This document shows, piece after piece, positions 20,400 through 31,197 of a DNA stretch of 64,000 nucleotides. Under the pieces are notes generated by a model. That model saw nothing but the letters and a program-made list of their open reading frames with translations. It did not search any database and had not been told where the DNA came from. Both the position numbers and the translations under genes were made by a program. Source of the stretch: a bacterium (GTDB taxonomy: Bacteria; SAR324; NAC60-12); contig CBDBHR010000023.1 of assembly GCA_965205865.1 (NCBI GenBank), forward strand, positions 96,001-160,000, given 5' to 3'. Every line of letters starts with the position of its first letter. Positions within the stretch are counted from its first letter, which is position 1.

Positions 20400-20681
20400 C
20401 TAATGATAATCCGTAATTTTCACTTCATGCGCATGGCCTGTTTCCCACTTAAAACAGAGACGCCATTGTTGATTGATTCGTATGCTGTATTGCCCTTGGC
20501 GATCACCCATGAGAGGTTCCAGGTGATTAGCTGGAAAATTTTTAAGGTGCTCCAAGGTGGTTGCTTGATTCAACAAAATCAACTTTCTTAAAGCCCTCTT
20601 GTGAATTTCTCCTGGAAGCCGTTTCGAATGTTGACCCTCGAAGATTTTTTCCGTTTCCTAGTCTTTAAAAGATTGGATCAT
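20400..20681 (-). pseudogene. higB: HigB (RelE/ParE-type) toxin with an in-frame TAG at codon 8
   Basis: MIQSFKD*ETEKIFEG...PANHLEPLMGDRQGQYSIRINQQWRLCFKW...ITDYH. Confidence 0.88.
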
Positions 20682-21399
20682 GATGACTCATATTTGGTAT
20701 CTCCTAAGAAATTATTACCCAAATTGAGTTGTATATCAAGAGAAAATACTGGTGGGACTAAATTGGGAGGCTAACGAAACACTACCCGGGCGTAGAAGGC
20801 GTAGCGAAATTTATCTTTTTTTCCTTCTGCATGTCATCCATCCTCACCCCCCTGACGTCCCCTCCAGGCCCCGTAAATCCTGCCCAAAACCAGAGAGTGT
20901 CGCAGCGCTATTTCAGGCATCACCCTACATTTTATCATCGGCCAGGGTCACTTCATGGTGGGCAAATCGCGACCGATCAGGTGACCGATTGCCATCAAGA
21001 AGTGGGATGCCGACGAGGTTATCCTCTCCGACCATAGGGGGAACTAGGCCATGGTTTCCAGGTCAAGGCATGAAAACGGAATGGAAACAGGGCAAAAAAA
21101 AAAGAACGGATAGGAACGCCTACCGGGAATTCCACAAATACTCAATTATATAAGTTGCTTGATGGCAAATCGCACCCGGCAATCCAACGCTTTTTGAAAA
21201 AAATGAGCCAAAAAAAAGTTTGACATCCTCCTCCTACTGTTTACTGGAGTCCTGCAGGATGGTTTGGAAAGGCGATAACATGAAAAAAATCACCTTCCTG
21301 AGCAATCTGGTGCTCATCCCCTCTGAATGACTCGTCAGTGGAAAGTTCTCGAGGGTCCTCCGAGAAGGCTTCCCGCTCGAGTGAGTGAAGAAGTTGGGG

Positions 21400-21795
21400 A
21401 GGGAGTCATGTTATGAAACCGCAAAAAATGAAACTTGTTGCCTCAGTCGTGAGGCTGATCCCGGCAGGCGCCTTGTCTGCCGCAAAAAACAGATTCGCTC
21501 CATGGTGGGGTGAATTATTTTCAGTTTCTTGTAAAGGAGTTCATATGTATTTGAAGAAACTTTAAGCCCCCGTCGTGGGGCTTATCGTGGCAGGCGTCGT
21601 GTCTGCTGTACAAAAACTTGTCCTCGCAAACTTGTCCCCGCGAAAGCGGGGAGCGGAGATCCGATTCGCCCCAGGGCGGGTGAATCATTCTCTTCACCCT
21701 CATTTGAAAGAGGTTACTATGGGTATTCTAAAGAAACTTGTCGCTTCCATCGCGGGGCTGAACCTGGCAGGCGCCTGGTCTGCTGCAAAACTGCA
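21400..21795 (+). repeat. Three imperfect tandem leader units (RBS-ATG-signal-like peptide, hairpin)
   Basis: KLVASVVRLIPAGALSAAK / KL*APVVGLIVAGVVSAVQK / KKLVASIAGLNLAGAWSAAK in one frame; gattcgc..ggtgaat hairpins near 21491 and 21662. Confidence 0.7.
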
Positions 21796-23554
21796 ATCAT
21801 TATTGCTCACCCTCACCCTGATGGTGACCACTTTCTGGGTCAGCCCGGCCGCAGCCCAGAAGTATGTAACCGACCCCACCACCGGCAAGGTAGTAACCGC
21901 ACTCGAGTATGGCGGGACATTAACCTATGCCTGGAATGGAAGAGTAAGCGAAAATGTAGACCCCTTTGCTGTTGGCTACGAAGCGGGCTGGCTCATAGCC
22001 GGTGTTAATGAGCAACTCGCCATCGGGGACTGGGCACTAGATAGGGAAGAATTTGAGTTTAAATCGGGTTACGTCCCTTTGTTTGCCTTTATAGGGTTTC
22101 TGGCGGAAAGCTGGGAAACGCCCGATCCACTGACTTACATCTTCCACATCCGTCAGGGCGTTCACTACGCCCTTAATCCGGAAAGTGAGGCCAGCCGCTT
22201 AGTAAACGGTCGTGAGCTAACTGCCGATGATGTCGAATACAACTTTCACCGTATGTTGGGTCTGGGCGAGTTCACCGAACGTCCCCTTAAGCCTTCTGCC
22301 ACTTTCAACCTGCCATGGGAATCGATAGACGCCACCGACAAATATACGGTTGTTATGAAGATGACGGAGCCATCCCTCGGTGCGCTAAGGACTATCATCA
22401 ACGAAGCTATGCACTTGATATTACCCCCCGAGGTCATCGAGCAATACGGAGACTATGCGGATTGGAGGAACGTGATCGGCACCGGACCCATGATGCTGAC
22501 TGACTACGTCGAAGGCGTCTCTAAGACCTGGACCAAGATTCCTGACTACTGGGGCTACGACACAAAATACCCGCAGAACCGCCTGCCCTATGTTGACGAG
22601 ATAAGGGCCCTCCTTATGGCAGAAGAAGCAACACGTATATCGGCAATGCGTACGGGTAAGGTTGATATACTACACCAGGCCGGCCTCTCTTCCATAGGAA
22701 CCGTCGACGTGGTAAGGAGCCTGCAGCGGACCAACCCCGAAATCGAGGTGGACAGTTTTTACATCCGGGCGTTTCAGGTCTTTGGTCTGAACATTCGCAA
22801 CGCGCCCTTTGACGACGTCAGGGTGCGCCACGCACTGCAGATGGCACTGGACCTCGAGACGATTAACGATACCTACTATGCCGGTTATGCAAGGTGGGAA
22901 GACCCCAGGTGGAGTGGCGGCAAGGGGTATTACACCCCATTTGAAGAGTGGCCTGAAGAGTTCAAGCAATACTACAGGTATGACCCGGAAGGTGCTGAGA
23001 AGCTTCTTGATGAGGCTGGACTTCCGCGCGGCGCGGACGGCGTTCGATTCAAGGTCGACTATCAGCACCGCGACGTCATAGATTTAGGCTATGCAGAAAT
23101 AGCTGTCGGCTACTTTGCTGCGATTGGCGTTGATGTAGAGATTAATATTCTTGACGGGGCGACTTGGTGGAGTAATAGAGGAGAACATAATTATGAGATG
23201 ACCACTGGCGACATGGCCTTTCCTGGGGATTCCTGGAGCATGAACGTTCATCGCGATGACAACCTAAATCTCCGCGAATACTTGGGCGGAGTCGAGACCT
23301 CTGTGCTGAACGCCGCCTCTGATGCCTTTTTCGCTGCTACCACCCTTGAGGAGCAGATGAATGCATCTAGAGAGTTTAATATGGACGTGATAAAGCAGCA
23401 CAATCAGATATGGGGCCCTCTGGCTCCACAGTTTCAGGTGAACCAGCCGTGGGTCATAGGTTTTAACGGTGAATACTCGATAGGAGTTATGCAGTATAAT
23501 ACCATCCTCGCCCGCCTCTGGATTGACCAGGAGTTGAAGGACAGGACCCAGTAA
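21719..23554 (+). CDS. Family-5 ABC substrate-binding protein
   Basis: Signal-like N-terminus, DPTTGKVVTALEYGG, LAESW, GTGP, PDYWGYD, ARLWIDQEL. Confidence 0.92.
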   Translation: MGILKKLVASIAGLNLAGAWSAAKLQSLLLTLTLMVTTFWVSPAAAQKYVTDPTTGKVVTALEYGGTLTYAWNGRVSENVDPFAVGYEAGWLIAGVNEQLAIGDWALDREEFEFKSGYVPLFAFIGFLAESWETPDPLTYIFHIRQGVHYALNPESEASRLVNGRELTADDVEYNFHRMLGLGEFTERPLKPSATFNLPWESIDATDKYTVVMKMTEPSLGALRTIINEAMHLILPPEVIEQYGDYADWRNVIGTGPMMLTDYVEGVSKTWTKIPDYWGYDTKYPQNRLPYVDEIRALLMAEEATRISAMRTGKVDILHQAGLSSIGTVDVVRSLQRTNPEIEVDSFYIRAFQVFGLNIRNAPFDDVRVRHALQMALDLETINDTYYAGYARWEDPRWSGGKGYYTPFEEWPEEFKQYYRYDPEGAEKLLDEAGLPRGADGVRFKVDYQHRDVIDLGYAEIAVGYFAAIGVDVEINILDGATWWSNRGEHNYEMTTGDMAFPGDSWSMNVHRDDNLNLREYLGGVETSVLNAASDAFFAATTLEEQMNASREFNMDVIKQHNQIWGPLAPQFQVNQPWVIGFNGEYSIGVMQYNTILARLWIDQELKDRTQ

Positions 23555-23655
23555 CAGGTCGGCTGGAAGCATTTGTGGACCGGGCAGGACTGCCTGGTCC
23601 ACTCCAGGATATCCCGCGTTTCCCTGCCAATTTCAAAAATGATGAGGTCCGTCCC

Positions 23656-24612
23656 ATGAGTGCCTATCTCACCAGGCGGCTCTTGCTGCTCATCCCCACC
23701 CTGTTTCACTTGTCTGTCCTGGTCTTTCTCTCGGTGCGTTACCTGCCGGGCGACGTCATAGACGTCATAGCGGGTCGGTCGGAATTTACGGGGGGCAGGG
23801 TTGATCGTGAAGCTGTCGAGCGAAGGCTGGGACTGGACTTGCCGGTCTGGGTCCAGTATGGACGCTGGATAGGCGGGATCTTCCTGCGCGGCAGCCTGGG
23901 CGAATCCCTGATGGGGGGTTGGCCGGTAGAGGAGCGGCTCTTCGATCTTTTGCGCATCACCCTGGAACTGGGTGTCCTGGCCATCCTCATGGGGCTGGTT
24001 ATCGCGCTGCCCGTCGGCATTTACTCGGCAATTCGCCAGGATACGGTCGCGGACTACACGGGCCGCATCCTCGCGATTCTCGGCCTGGCCACACCGAACT
24101 TCTGGCTGGGCATTATGGTGATGATCTACCCGGCCATCTGGTGGGGCTGGTCGCCCCCGATGGAATTGGTGCCTTTTGCCGAAGACCCGTGGGGCCACCT
24201 GGGGATCCTGGTCATTCCCAGTCTGATTCTAGGGACGGCCCTCTCGGCCGGCACCATGCGCCTGACGCGCACCATGATGCTGGAGGTACTGCGGCAGGAC
24301 TATATCCGCACCGCCTGGGCCAAGGGGCTCCAGCAACAAACTGTCGTGCTGAGACACGCCATCAAAAATGCCCTCATCCCGGTCGTCACCCTGGTCGGCT
24401 TGCAGTTGCCTCTCGTGGTCGGGGACGCCATCATCATGGAGAATCTCTTCAATCTACTGGGCTTGGACCGTCTCCTGGTGGATGCCCTCCCGAACCGGGA
24501 TTACCCGGTGGTCTCCGGAGTCAACCTGTTTTTCGCCTGCATCGTTTTGTTGAACAACCTCTTCATCGACCTCCTTTATGCCTATTTGGACCCGAGGGTG
24601 AGGTATGTGTGA
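23656..24612 (+). CDS. DppB-like permease
   Basis: MSAYLTRRLLLLIP...EVLRQDYIRTAWAKGL...DPRVRYV. Confidence 0.9.
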   Translation: MSAYLTRRLLLLIPTLFHLSVLVFLSVRYLPGDVIDVIAGRSEFTGGRVDREAVERRLGLDLPVWVQYGRWIGGIFLRGSLGESLMGGWPVEERLFDLLRITLELGVLAILMGLVIALPVGIYSAIRQDTVADYTGRILAILGLATPNFWLGIMVMIYPAIWWGWSPPMELVPFAEDPWGHLGILVIPSLILGTALSAGTMRLTRTMMLEVLRQDYIRTAWAKGLQQQTVVLRHAIKNALIPVVTLVGLQLPLVVGDAIIMENLFNLLGLDRLLVDALPNRDYPVVSGVNLFFACIVLLNNLFIDLLYAYLDPRVRYV

Positions 24613-25819
24613 AGGGGTTTAGGCTGAAGGGGGAAGGCTGTTAGGGCATCAGTCTAAACTTCAGTCCTCAGTCTAGTAGTACAGGTGTTACGGAGTAATT
24701 AACCCTTTCTGTGTCATCCCGGACTTGATCCGGGATCTGGGGAAAGTCGGTAAGCCCCCTGGATTCCTGGGCAAGCCAGGAATGACAATATTTATGCCTA
24801 TTTGGACCCGAGGGTGAGGTATGTGTGAAGGGGTTAGGCTGAAGGGGGAAGGCTGTTAGGGCATCAGTCTAAACTTCAGTCCTCATTCTAGTAGTACAGG
24901 TGTTACGGAGTAATTAACCCTTTCTGTGATAGGGGTCAGGAAGGCATTTGCCTCCCTGCCGTCCGAACCGTGCGTGCGGTTCTCCCGCACACGGCTCTCC
25001 AGTCGTTGGTTTCCTCATCGGGATTGGCTCGCTACCCATCGGGCTTCTTTCATGCTGAAAAGTCCGAGTTGCGCGAAGAACACCTTGACTCCGTTACCCA
25101 GAGCCGCCAACATACGTTTGATCCATATCGTTGTTTCCACCCAACTCCAATGAGGAGAGGCTTCTGTTTCCAGGTTAGTCATCTCCGACACTTTGGAAAC
25201 TCTTTTTTCTTGAGGATCAACTTGATGAACTGCTCGTATCCAACTTCCTACCCCGCTTCCCTCTTCGGGATTTTGCTTCTCCCGCCTTTCATGAAGCCTG
25301 CCTGTCAATTCAGGTTCGTGTTTGTTTTCCCTGTTGGCCATCTGCTTTCCCGATGGTGTCACAATATCCTCACCTTGTTGACAGACACAACTCCATTACG
25401 GTACTATCAGGGTTCTGACTCCTCTACCTCTCACCAAAGGCAGAGGTCTCCCTGCTTCTCTCGCTTAACCTTCCTGATGTTCCGTCCCCAACCACGTTAT
25501 GCGCCTGACCCTCGTTTTATCCACCACCACAACGGGATCAGTGAGTTTCAGACTTCGCCACGAATGAGCAAGCTCGTCGCAAACATGCCGCCGAATCGGG
25601 TTCGTTCTCCTACGGACCACCATTTCGCCTCCGGTTGCTCCCCACCCCGCCTCATGGCGACGCAGTTACCTTCGACTACATGGCTGTGGTTTACCATGAC
25701 ACGGACTTTCACCGTGCTGATTAAGCGCCTTCCCAGGCGCACTCATCCCGGACTTGATCCGGGATCTGGGGAAAGTCTGTAAGCCCCCTGGATTCCTGGG
25801 CAAGCCAGGAATGACAATA
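24576..25819 (+). repeat. Tandem duplication of about 215 bp (permease 3' end + REP-like palindrome); copy 2 is interrupted by the intron
   Basis: 24576-24789 matches 24791-24928 joined to 25743-25819. Confidence 0.9.
24929..25742 (-). mobile_element. Group II intron (814 nt) with most of the RT ORF deleted
   Basis: Minus-strand 5' end GTGCGCCTGGGAAGGCGC; domain V GAGCCGTGTGCGGGAGAACCGCACGCACGGTTC; 3' end CCCCTAT; precise insertion against the empty copy (ttctgtg|tcatcccgg); residual ORF 25015-25362 joins IEP N-terminal (WSWVE..RMLAALGNGVK) and C-terminal (FFAQLGLF..ASQSR) ends. Confidence 0.9.
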
Positions 25820-25924
25820 ACGGGAATTGAGTTCTGAATTTAAGAGAATAGTGTGAGATTTGTCGGTCAACCAGCCTAAATACCTAATCTTCGGTCTTCA
25901 GCCTTCAGCCTAAATACCTAAACT

Positions 25925-26670
25925 ATGAACAACACCCAAGAGACACCATCCCCCATCAGTGAGCCCAAGCGACGGGGCCAGTTTGCAGATTTCTTCATCA
26001 GGCTTCTCAAGGAGAAACCCCTAGGGATGCTCGGCGGGGTGATCATCCTGCTCTTGATCGGGATCAGCCTCTTTGCCGATGCGCTGGCGCCTTATCCTTA
26101 TAATAAAATCCACTTGAGAGACCGGATGCAAGAGGCCTCGGCCCAGTATCTCCTCGGAACCGACCACGTCGGGCGGGACTTATTGAGCCGCCTGATCCAC
26201 GGGGCGCGAATTTCCTTAGGGGTCGGTCTGGCGGCAACCACGCTCAATGCGCTCGTCGCGCTGTTAGTTGGCGGCGTTTCCGGATTCCTGGGAAGAAAAC
26301 TGGACCTGGCCATGCAGCGCCTGGTCGATGGTCTCCGGAATCAACCTCTTTTTCGCCACCGGGGTAGTCCTGCTCAATCTCCTCATCGACCTGATTTATC
26401 CTTATCTGGACCCCAGGGTGCGGTATGAATAGTCGCTGGCACTCTGGCCGGAGCTTTGCCTGACGATGGTCGTTTTCAGCCTCAACATGTTCAGCGATGC
26501 CCTGCGAGATCTGCTCGATCCCCGGCTGCGGGGAGGTGAGGGTAGTTATGGCGCCAGGAAACGCAAACGAGGATTTCTGCACCGGGCTTTCCCTGTGCAT
26601 CGTCGTCTGGGGTACCAACATGTTCGGCGACTCGCTGAGAGACCTGCTCGACCCCAGCCTGAGAGGCGGT
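25925..26670 (+). pseudogene. Mosaic of permease fragments (DppC 5' part, DppB 3' end, two DppC 3' ends)
   Basis: EPKRR..LGTDHVGRD..QRLVD, then atggtctccggaatcaacc..gtgcggtatgaatag, then LALWP..DLLDPR twice. Confidence 0.85.
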
Positions 26671-26696
26671 GTGGGTCGGTTTTGTTGTGGTTGGTT

Positions 26697-27485
26697 TCAG
26701 TCTTTTTTTTGTTTTTCAAGATAGCTCTGAATCTCTTCCTGAGAAATCCGTTTGAGGATCTCATCGGTCGAAAGCCCTTTCAGGCGATCATCGGTCGAAA
26801 GCCCTTTCAGGCGATCATCGATTGGAAGCACACCTAAATGATCACGCACATAATCTTTTTGAAAATCTTCCATCGTATAGGCCATTTCTAATCCTTCCAA
26901 GTGATAGTTCTCAAAGAGTTGATTTAATATCGTGCTGATTTTCCGGGTATGCCCACGGTATTGACGCGCGGCAAACTCCACTTCTCCGGGAATCCCACTG
27001 AATAAATGCCAAATCGTATTATGCTCCGCATGCGCGATCTCACTCAGTACAATCATCCGAATGAGATCACTCCCCCGCTGAATCTCATAGACTCCCTCTT
27101 GTATCGCCTGGAACTCAACCTGTGAAGCGAGTTTCTGTGGATAGCGGGAACTCACGCCATAAAGTTGAAATTCCTCTTCAGCTAACAGATCCTGGAACGA
27201 GGGACTGATCTGTTTGCGATAATTCACATAATGCCCGGTCAATTCTTTCAGGGCCCAATCGTCAAAGGGTTCTCTCAGGGATTTGTAACTGAGCAGATTA
27301 TATTTCCCTAGATTGTCCAAGCCATCCGGTAAGGTTTCGATCGGATTGCCTGTATCTTTCCTCAAAATGACGACATCTAGCAGCTGTTTTTTGAGAGATA
27401 GATCCTTTTCCAACTCTACAACCCAGGTGGAATCGGTAAAAAAATCGGTAAGCGCCAAGCCAAAGAGGCGATGCCAGTTTATCAT
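26697..27485 (-). CDS. Hypothetical protein, Rpn/PD-(D/E)XK-like architecture with C-terminal 9-aa repeats
   Basis: Intact ORF with LDVVILRK and LSYKS motifs; 27-bp tandem repeat at 26761-26814 encodes DDRLKGLST. Confidence 0.6.
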   Translation of the reverse strand: MINWHRLFGLALTDFFTDSTWVVELEKDLSLKKQLLDVVILRKDTGNPIETLPDGLDNLGKYNLLSYKSLREPFDDWALKELTGHYVNYRKQISPSFQDLLAEEEFQLYGVSSRYPQKLASQVEFQAIQEGVYEIQRGSDLIRMIVLSEIAHAEHNTIWHLFSGIPGEVEFAARQYRGHTRKISTILNQLFENYHLEGLEMAYTMEDFQKDYVRDHLGVLPIDDRLKGLSTDDRLKGLSTDEILKRISQEEIQSYLEKQKKD

Positions 27486-27527
27486 TTTCCTTTCATCGGT
27501 TGCATGACAAAATATATTAGATTGTCA

Positions 27528-29223
27528 CCTAAATCCTGCAATTAGATGACAATCAAACATGGAAATGGTAATATACTCAAATAGTTAACACCAGAATCAA
27601 CATTTTAAGAGATCACCATTTCCATGAAAAACAAACGTAGCGCAAGATCGGCAAGAACGACAGCAAAAAACATCCATATCAGCCAGGGAGGCAGAGACCT
27701 GACCGCGCAAGCAGGCTTGATTCCGGTTGTCAAATTTTTTCACAAAGAAGGGATTGTTTCAAAGACAGAGCAGACCGTAGATCATCGGCGTGGCGCCACG
27801 GGTCTTTATGACGCAGTGGACATGGTCATTTTGTCGGTGGTCGGCATTGTTGGCGGCGCCCGTTCGATTCGTTCGATTGTGACAGTTTGGAACGACCGTG
27901 TTTTGAGTCGTGTGGCCGGTTGGCTGAGGATTCCGGATGAAACCACATTCGGCCGGATACTGCGTACTTTCACACAGAAAAACATCAATGAGATGGAGAG
28001 CTTGAACCATCGGATTCGAGCCGGTATCTGGCGTAAGGTGCTTCGAAGTGGGACAAGCATCGTTGGGGTGTTACACTGTCTTGTGATTGACGTGGACTCC
28101 ACTGTGAAAACGGCCTACGGCAAGCAGCAAGGAGTGTCTGTCGGATATAATCCACACAAACGCGGTGCAGCTTCGTATCATCCTCTGCTGGCATTTTGCG
28201 CAGAGACAAAGGAGATTCTTCAGGGTTGGCTTCGTGATGGGAGTGCCTATACCAGCAATGGAGTCGTTGAATTCATGCGGCAACTTCTTGCTCACCTTCC
28301 AAATCGGACTCGCATTCTGTTTCGTGGAGACAGTGGTTTTTTTGTGGGGGATTTGCTGGATTTCCTCGAAGAACGAGGCCATGGCTATCTGATCAAGGTC
28401 AAACTCAAGGGGCTTGTCTCGTTGTTGGAAACCCAAAAATGGCAAAAAGTGAAGGGGCAGCCCGCTTGGGAAGGGTGTGAGTTTTCCCACCAATGTAAAA
28501 CTTGGAGGAGGTCAAGAAAATTCATGGCCGTACGCAGGGAGAAAGAGGAGGAACTCAAAGGGATGGCCACCCTCTTTGAGATGAAGGAGTACGATTATTT
28601 TTGTTATGTTCTCACCGATGCGCTCACTCCCTGGCAGGCTCACAAAGAGTATGGCCAGAGGGCGGTCGCTGAGACATGGATTGAGGAAGCAAAAAATCAA
28701 ACTGCGCTGGCTCAGATTAAAACCGACGATTTTTGGGCCAACAGTGCCTTGTTCCAATGCGCGATACTCGCTTACAACACGCTGCGCTGGATGGCCCTTT
28801 GTAGTGGTAACGCAATACTGCGCCGTTGGGAACCGGCCACCATGCGCACCTATCTTGTCCGAATGGCAGGAAAATGGACGAGTGGCGCTCGTCAACAAAA
28901 ACTGAGAGTTCCGGAAAGAACACTTTACAATGCTCAATGGGATGCATGGGTCGCTGTTGGAGAGACCTAGATCCTTTGTTTCACTCCAGTGGAAACGTTT
29001 TGCTGAGATGTCGATCTCCAAATCGAGGGAGAAGTACGTCTTGAATCTTGTGCCCGCGAAAGCGGGTATCAGATCATCACAAAATATGACGATCAAATGG
29101 AGGGCGGAAAAACCTTTATGAGCAAGGACTGATGGAAATTCAACTCTCAAATCCTTTTTTTTAAAAAAACCTCTCAAAGAGTGAGGGGAAACTCAATCAA
29201 AATATTCAATTGCAGGATTTAGG
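27528..29223 (+). mobile_element. IS1380-family insertion sequence
   Basis: 16-bp TIRs CCTAAATCCTGCAATT / AATTGCAGGATTTAGG; 5-bp target duplication TGTCA (27523-27527, 29224-29228); empty paralogous site near 14740. Confidence 0.93.
27624..28970 (+). CDS. IS1380 family DDE transposase
   Basis: IDVDST..YGKQQG..GYNP..YHPLLAF, FRGDSGF, YGQRAVAETWIEEAK, AILAYN. Confidence 0.93.
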   Translation: MKNKRSARSARTTAKNIHISQGGRDLTAQAGLIPVVKFFHKEGIVSKTEQTVDHRRGATGLYDAVDMVILSVVGIVGGARSIRSIVTVWNDRVLSRVAGWLRIPDETTFGRILRTFTQKNINEMESLNHRIRAGIWRKVLRSGTSIVGVLHCLVIDVDSTVKTAYGKQQGVSVGYNPHKRGAASYHPLLAFCAETKEILQGWLRDGSAYTSNGVVEFMRQLLAHLPNRTRILFRGDSGFFVGDLLDFLEERGHGYLIKVKLKGLVSLLETQKWQKVKGQPAWEGCEFSHQCKTWRRSRKFMAVRREKEEELKGMATLFEMKEYDYFCYVLTDALTPWQAHKEYGQRAVAETWIEEAKNQTALAQIKTDDFWANSALFQCAILAYNTLRWMALCSGNAILRRWEPATMRTYLVRMAGKWTSGARQQKLRVPERTLYNAQWDAWVAVGET

Positions 29224-29354
29224 TGTCATTCAATTATGCCAACCTATAGAAAAACGCACAAGTGCGAATTGTCTTTGAAAAGGAAATTCTTTTTCTCTAT
29301 TCCTCTTACTCTACGACCATTGACCTTTCCTTCCTACTCTTTCTCTACCCAAAG

Positions 29355-29992
29355 TTCAACGAGGACCAGCTGGGGAACCTCGGAGTGTTCCTCATTCCCA
29401 GCCTGATTCTGAGAACGGCCTCGGCGACTGCAACCATGCGGATGGGGGAAAGTGGACCTGGCCATGCAGCGCCTGGTCGATGCCTGGATCGCCTTTCCGG
29501 GACTGCTGTTGTTGTTGACCATCATGTCCATCGTGGGACAGGAGTTGCTCCAGATCATCATGGTGCTGGGGATCGCCGGTGGCGTCGAAGGCTCCCGAGT
29601 CGTGCGGGGCGCGGTGATCGCCATTAAAGAGAATGATTACTTTCTGGTGGCGAAAGCCCTGGGCAGTCCCCTGCCCACCACTCTGAGGCGGCATGTGCTG
29701 CCCAATATCATGCCGCCCCTCATCATCATCTTCTCCATCAACATTGGTGCCGTCATCATATCAGAGGCGGCGCTGAGTTTCCTCGGCTTCGGTCTGCCCC
29801 CGAACATTTCCAGTTGGGGAGGCATGCTCAGCCGCAAAGGACGTCTCTACATGGAGATAGCCCCCTGGCTGGCGCTCTGGCCCAGGCTATGCCTGACGAT
29901 GGTCGTTTTCAGCCTCAACATGTTCGGAGACGCCATGCGTGATCTGCTCGACCCCCGGCTGCGGGGCGGTGAGGGTAGCTACGGCGCCGTAA
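29355..29992 (+). pseudogene. DppB fragment fused to a DppC 3' two-thirds
   Basis: EDQLGNLGVFLIP..ATMRM joined to DLAMQRLVDAWIAFP..DLLDPRLRGGEGSYG; ends at the next element. Confidence 0.85.
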
Positions 29993-30008
29993 AAATGGGG
30001 TCAGAAAT

Positions 30009-30730
30009 GGGGTCAGGCCTTTTATTATTTCATTTGACGTTTCATTCTTCAAATAAACTATCCCGGAGCAAGCTCTCTCGTTGAGGCTCGACTTTCGTTT
30101 CGCTCGAGCGGAGTATTTTGTCGGATTATCTTTTTTTCAACGCAGCAACGGTACGTCGAGCGGCTTCGGCGAGTCAGACCCGAAAGAGATTAATAGTTTT
30201 TCCTCAATTTCTTTCATCCTGTTTACCAAATCTTTGTCTGTTTTGGCGCGTTTTAGCAAAATTCGAATGGCATTGCTTAAGGTGACGCCATCTCGACCAC
30301 AACGCTCTCCCCAGACTTCCAATGTTAGATTTTCTGATTTTCGCACTATCCAGGCAACAACCAACCTTGCTTCAAAGGGTTTTCTTTCTTTCCTTTGGCA
30401 AAGAGTTGTTTTTCAGTGATGCGATACAATTGACAAACCGCCTGAATAATTTCTTCCAACTCCAATGTTTTGTGAATGGGCTCTCCCGCTTGTTGTAAGG
30501 CACTTTCCGCAAAGTGATCATCTCCCAAAATCCTTGCTTCTTTATTCCCTTTTTCGAACTCGGGGCGTAGGGTGTCCTCCAGGGCTTCCTCAACATAGCG
30601 ACGATACATCCGGCGAGCTTGACCTAGTTTTCTTGCCATTTTTCCTCCCGGTTGCTCTCAAGTCTGGAACTATGCTAACCAGAGAATTTAACAAAATACA
30701 ATTTAATCATTTAATCAAAGGCCTGACCCC
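30009..30730 (-). mobile_element. Copy 2 of the RAYT/Y1-derived element
   Basis: Terminal inverted repeats ggggtcaggccttttatta / taatcaaaggcctgacccc (18 of 19 match); frameshifted transposase C-terminus. Confidence 0.8.
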
Positions 30731-31197
30731 TATCAGCGGAGGCCCGGCGGTTGATAGAGTTTGCCAAATTCCACCCCGAAGGAAAGCGTGCGTTTGGCAT
30801 GTACGGGCCCCCTGATATACCGGCAGCGTGCGTTCACGCTAACGCCAACACGTTGCTCGGCCTTATTCTCGAGACTCCGGAGGCACTCAAGCACTTGGAC
30901 GAGATTCTCATCCCCGGGATAGACGTGGTCTGGGTAGGCCATGCCGATCTCTCACAACTGCTGGGTAGAGCCGGCCAGTTTGACTATCTCCGGATAATTG
31001 AAGCCAGAGACCACGTCCGTGCCATGTGCCAGAGGAAAGGGATAGCGTTCTGTCAGTGGGCTATACCGCCCACTGCAAGCAAGGTGAAATCATTGTTGGA
31101 GAGTGGCATTCGTTGGATAGCGTACGGATCGGATTTATTTTTTCTGGAGCGTGAAGCGCGAAATGCGGTCGATGAGATCGCAGCTTGGCGCGGTTGA
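30731..31197 (+). pseudogene. HpcH/HpaI aldolase family, C-terminal fragment
   Basis: KFHPEGKR..ILETPEALKHLDEIL.PGIDVVWVGHADLS; the 5' end is replaced by the element. Confidence 0.8.

Noticed and set aside
20752-21153. 133-aa ORF
   Set aside because: No family motifs; looks like degraded intergenic or fragmentary sequence
24970-25782. 270-aa plus-strand ORF
   Set aside because: Antisense to the group II intron; no recognisable protein features
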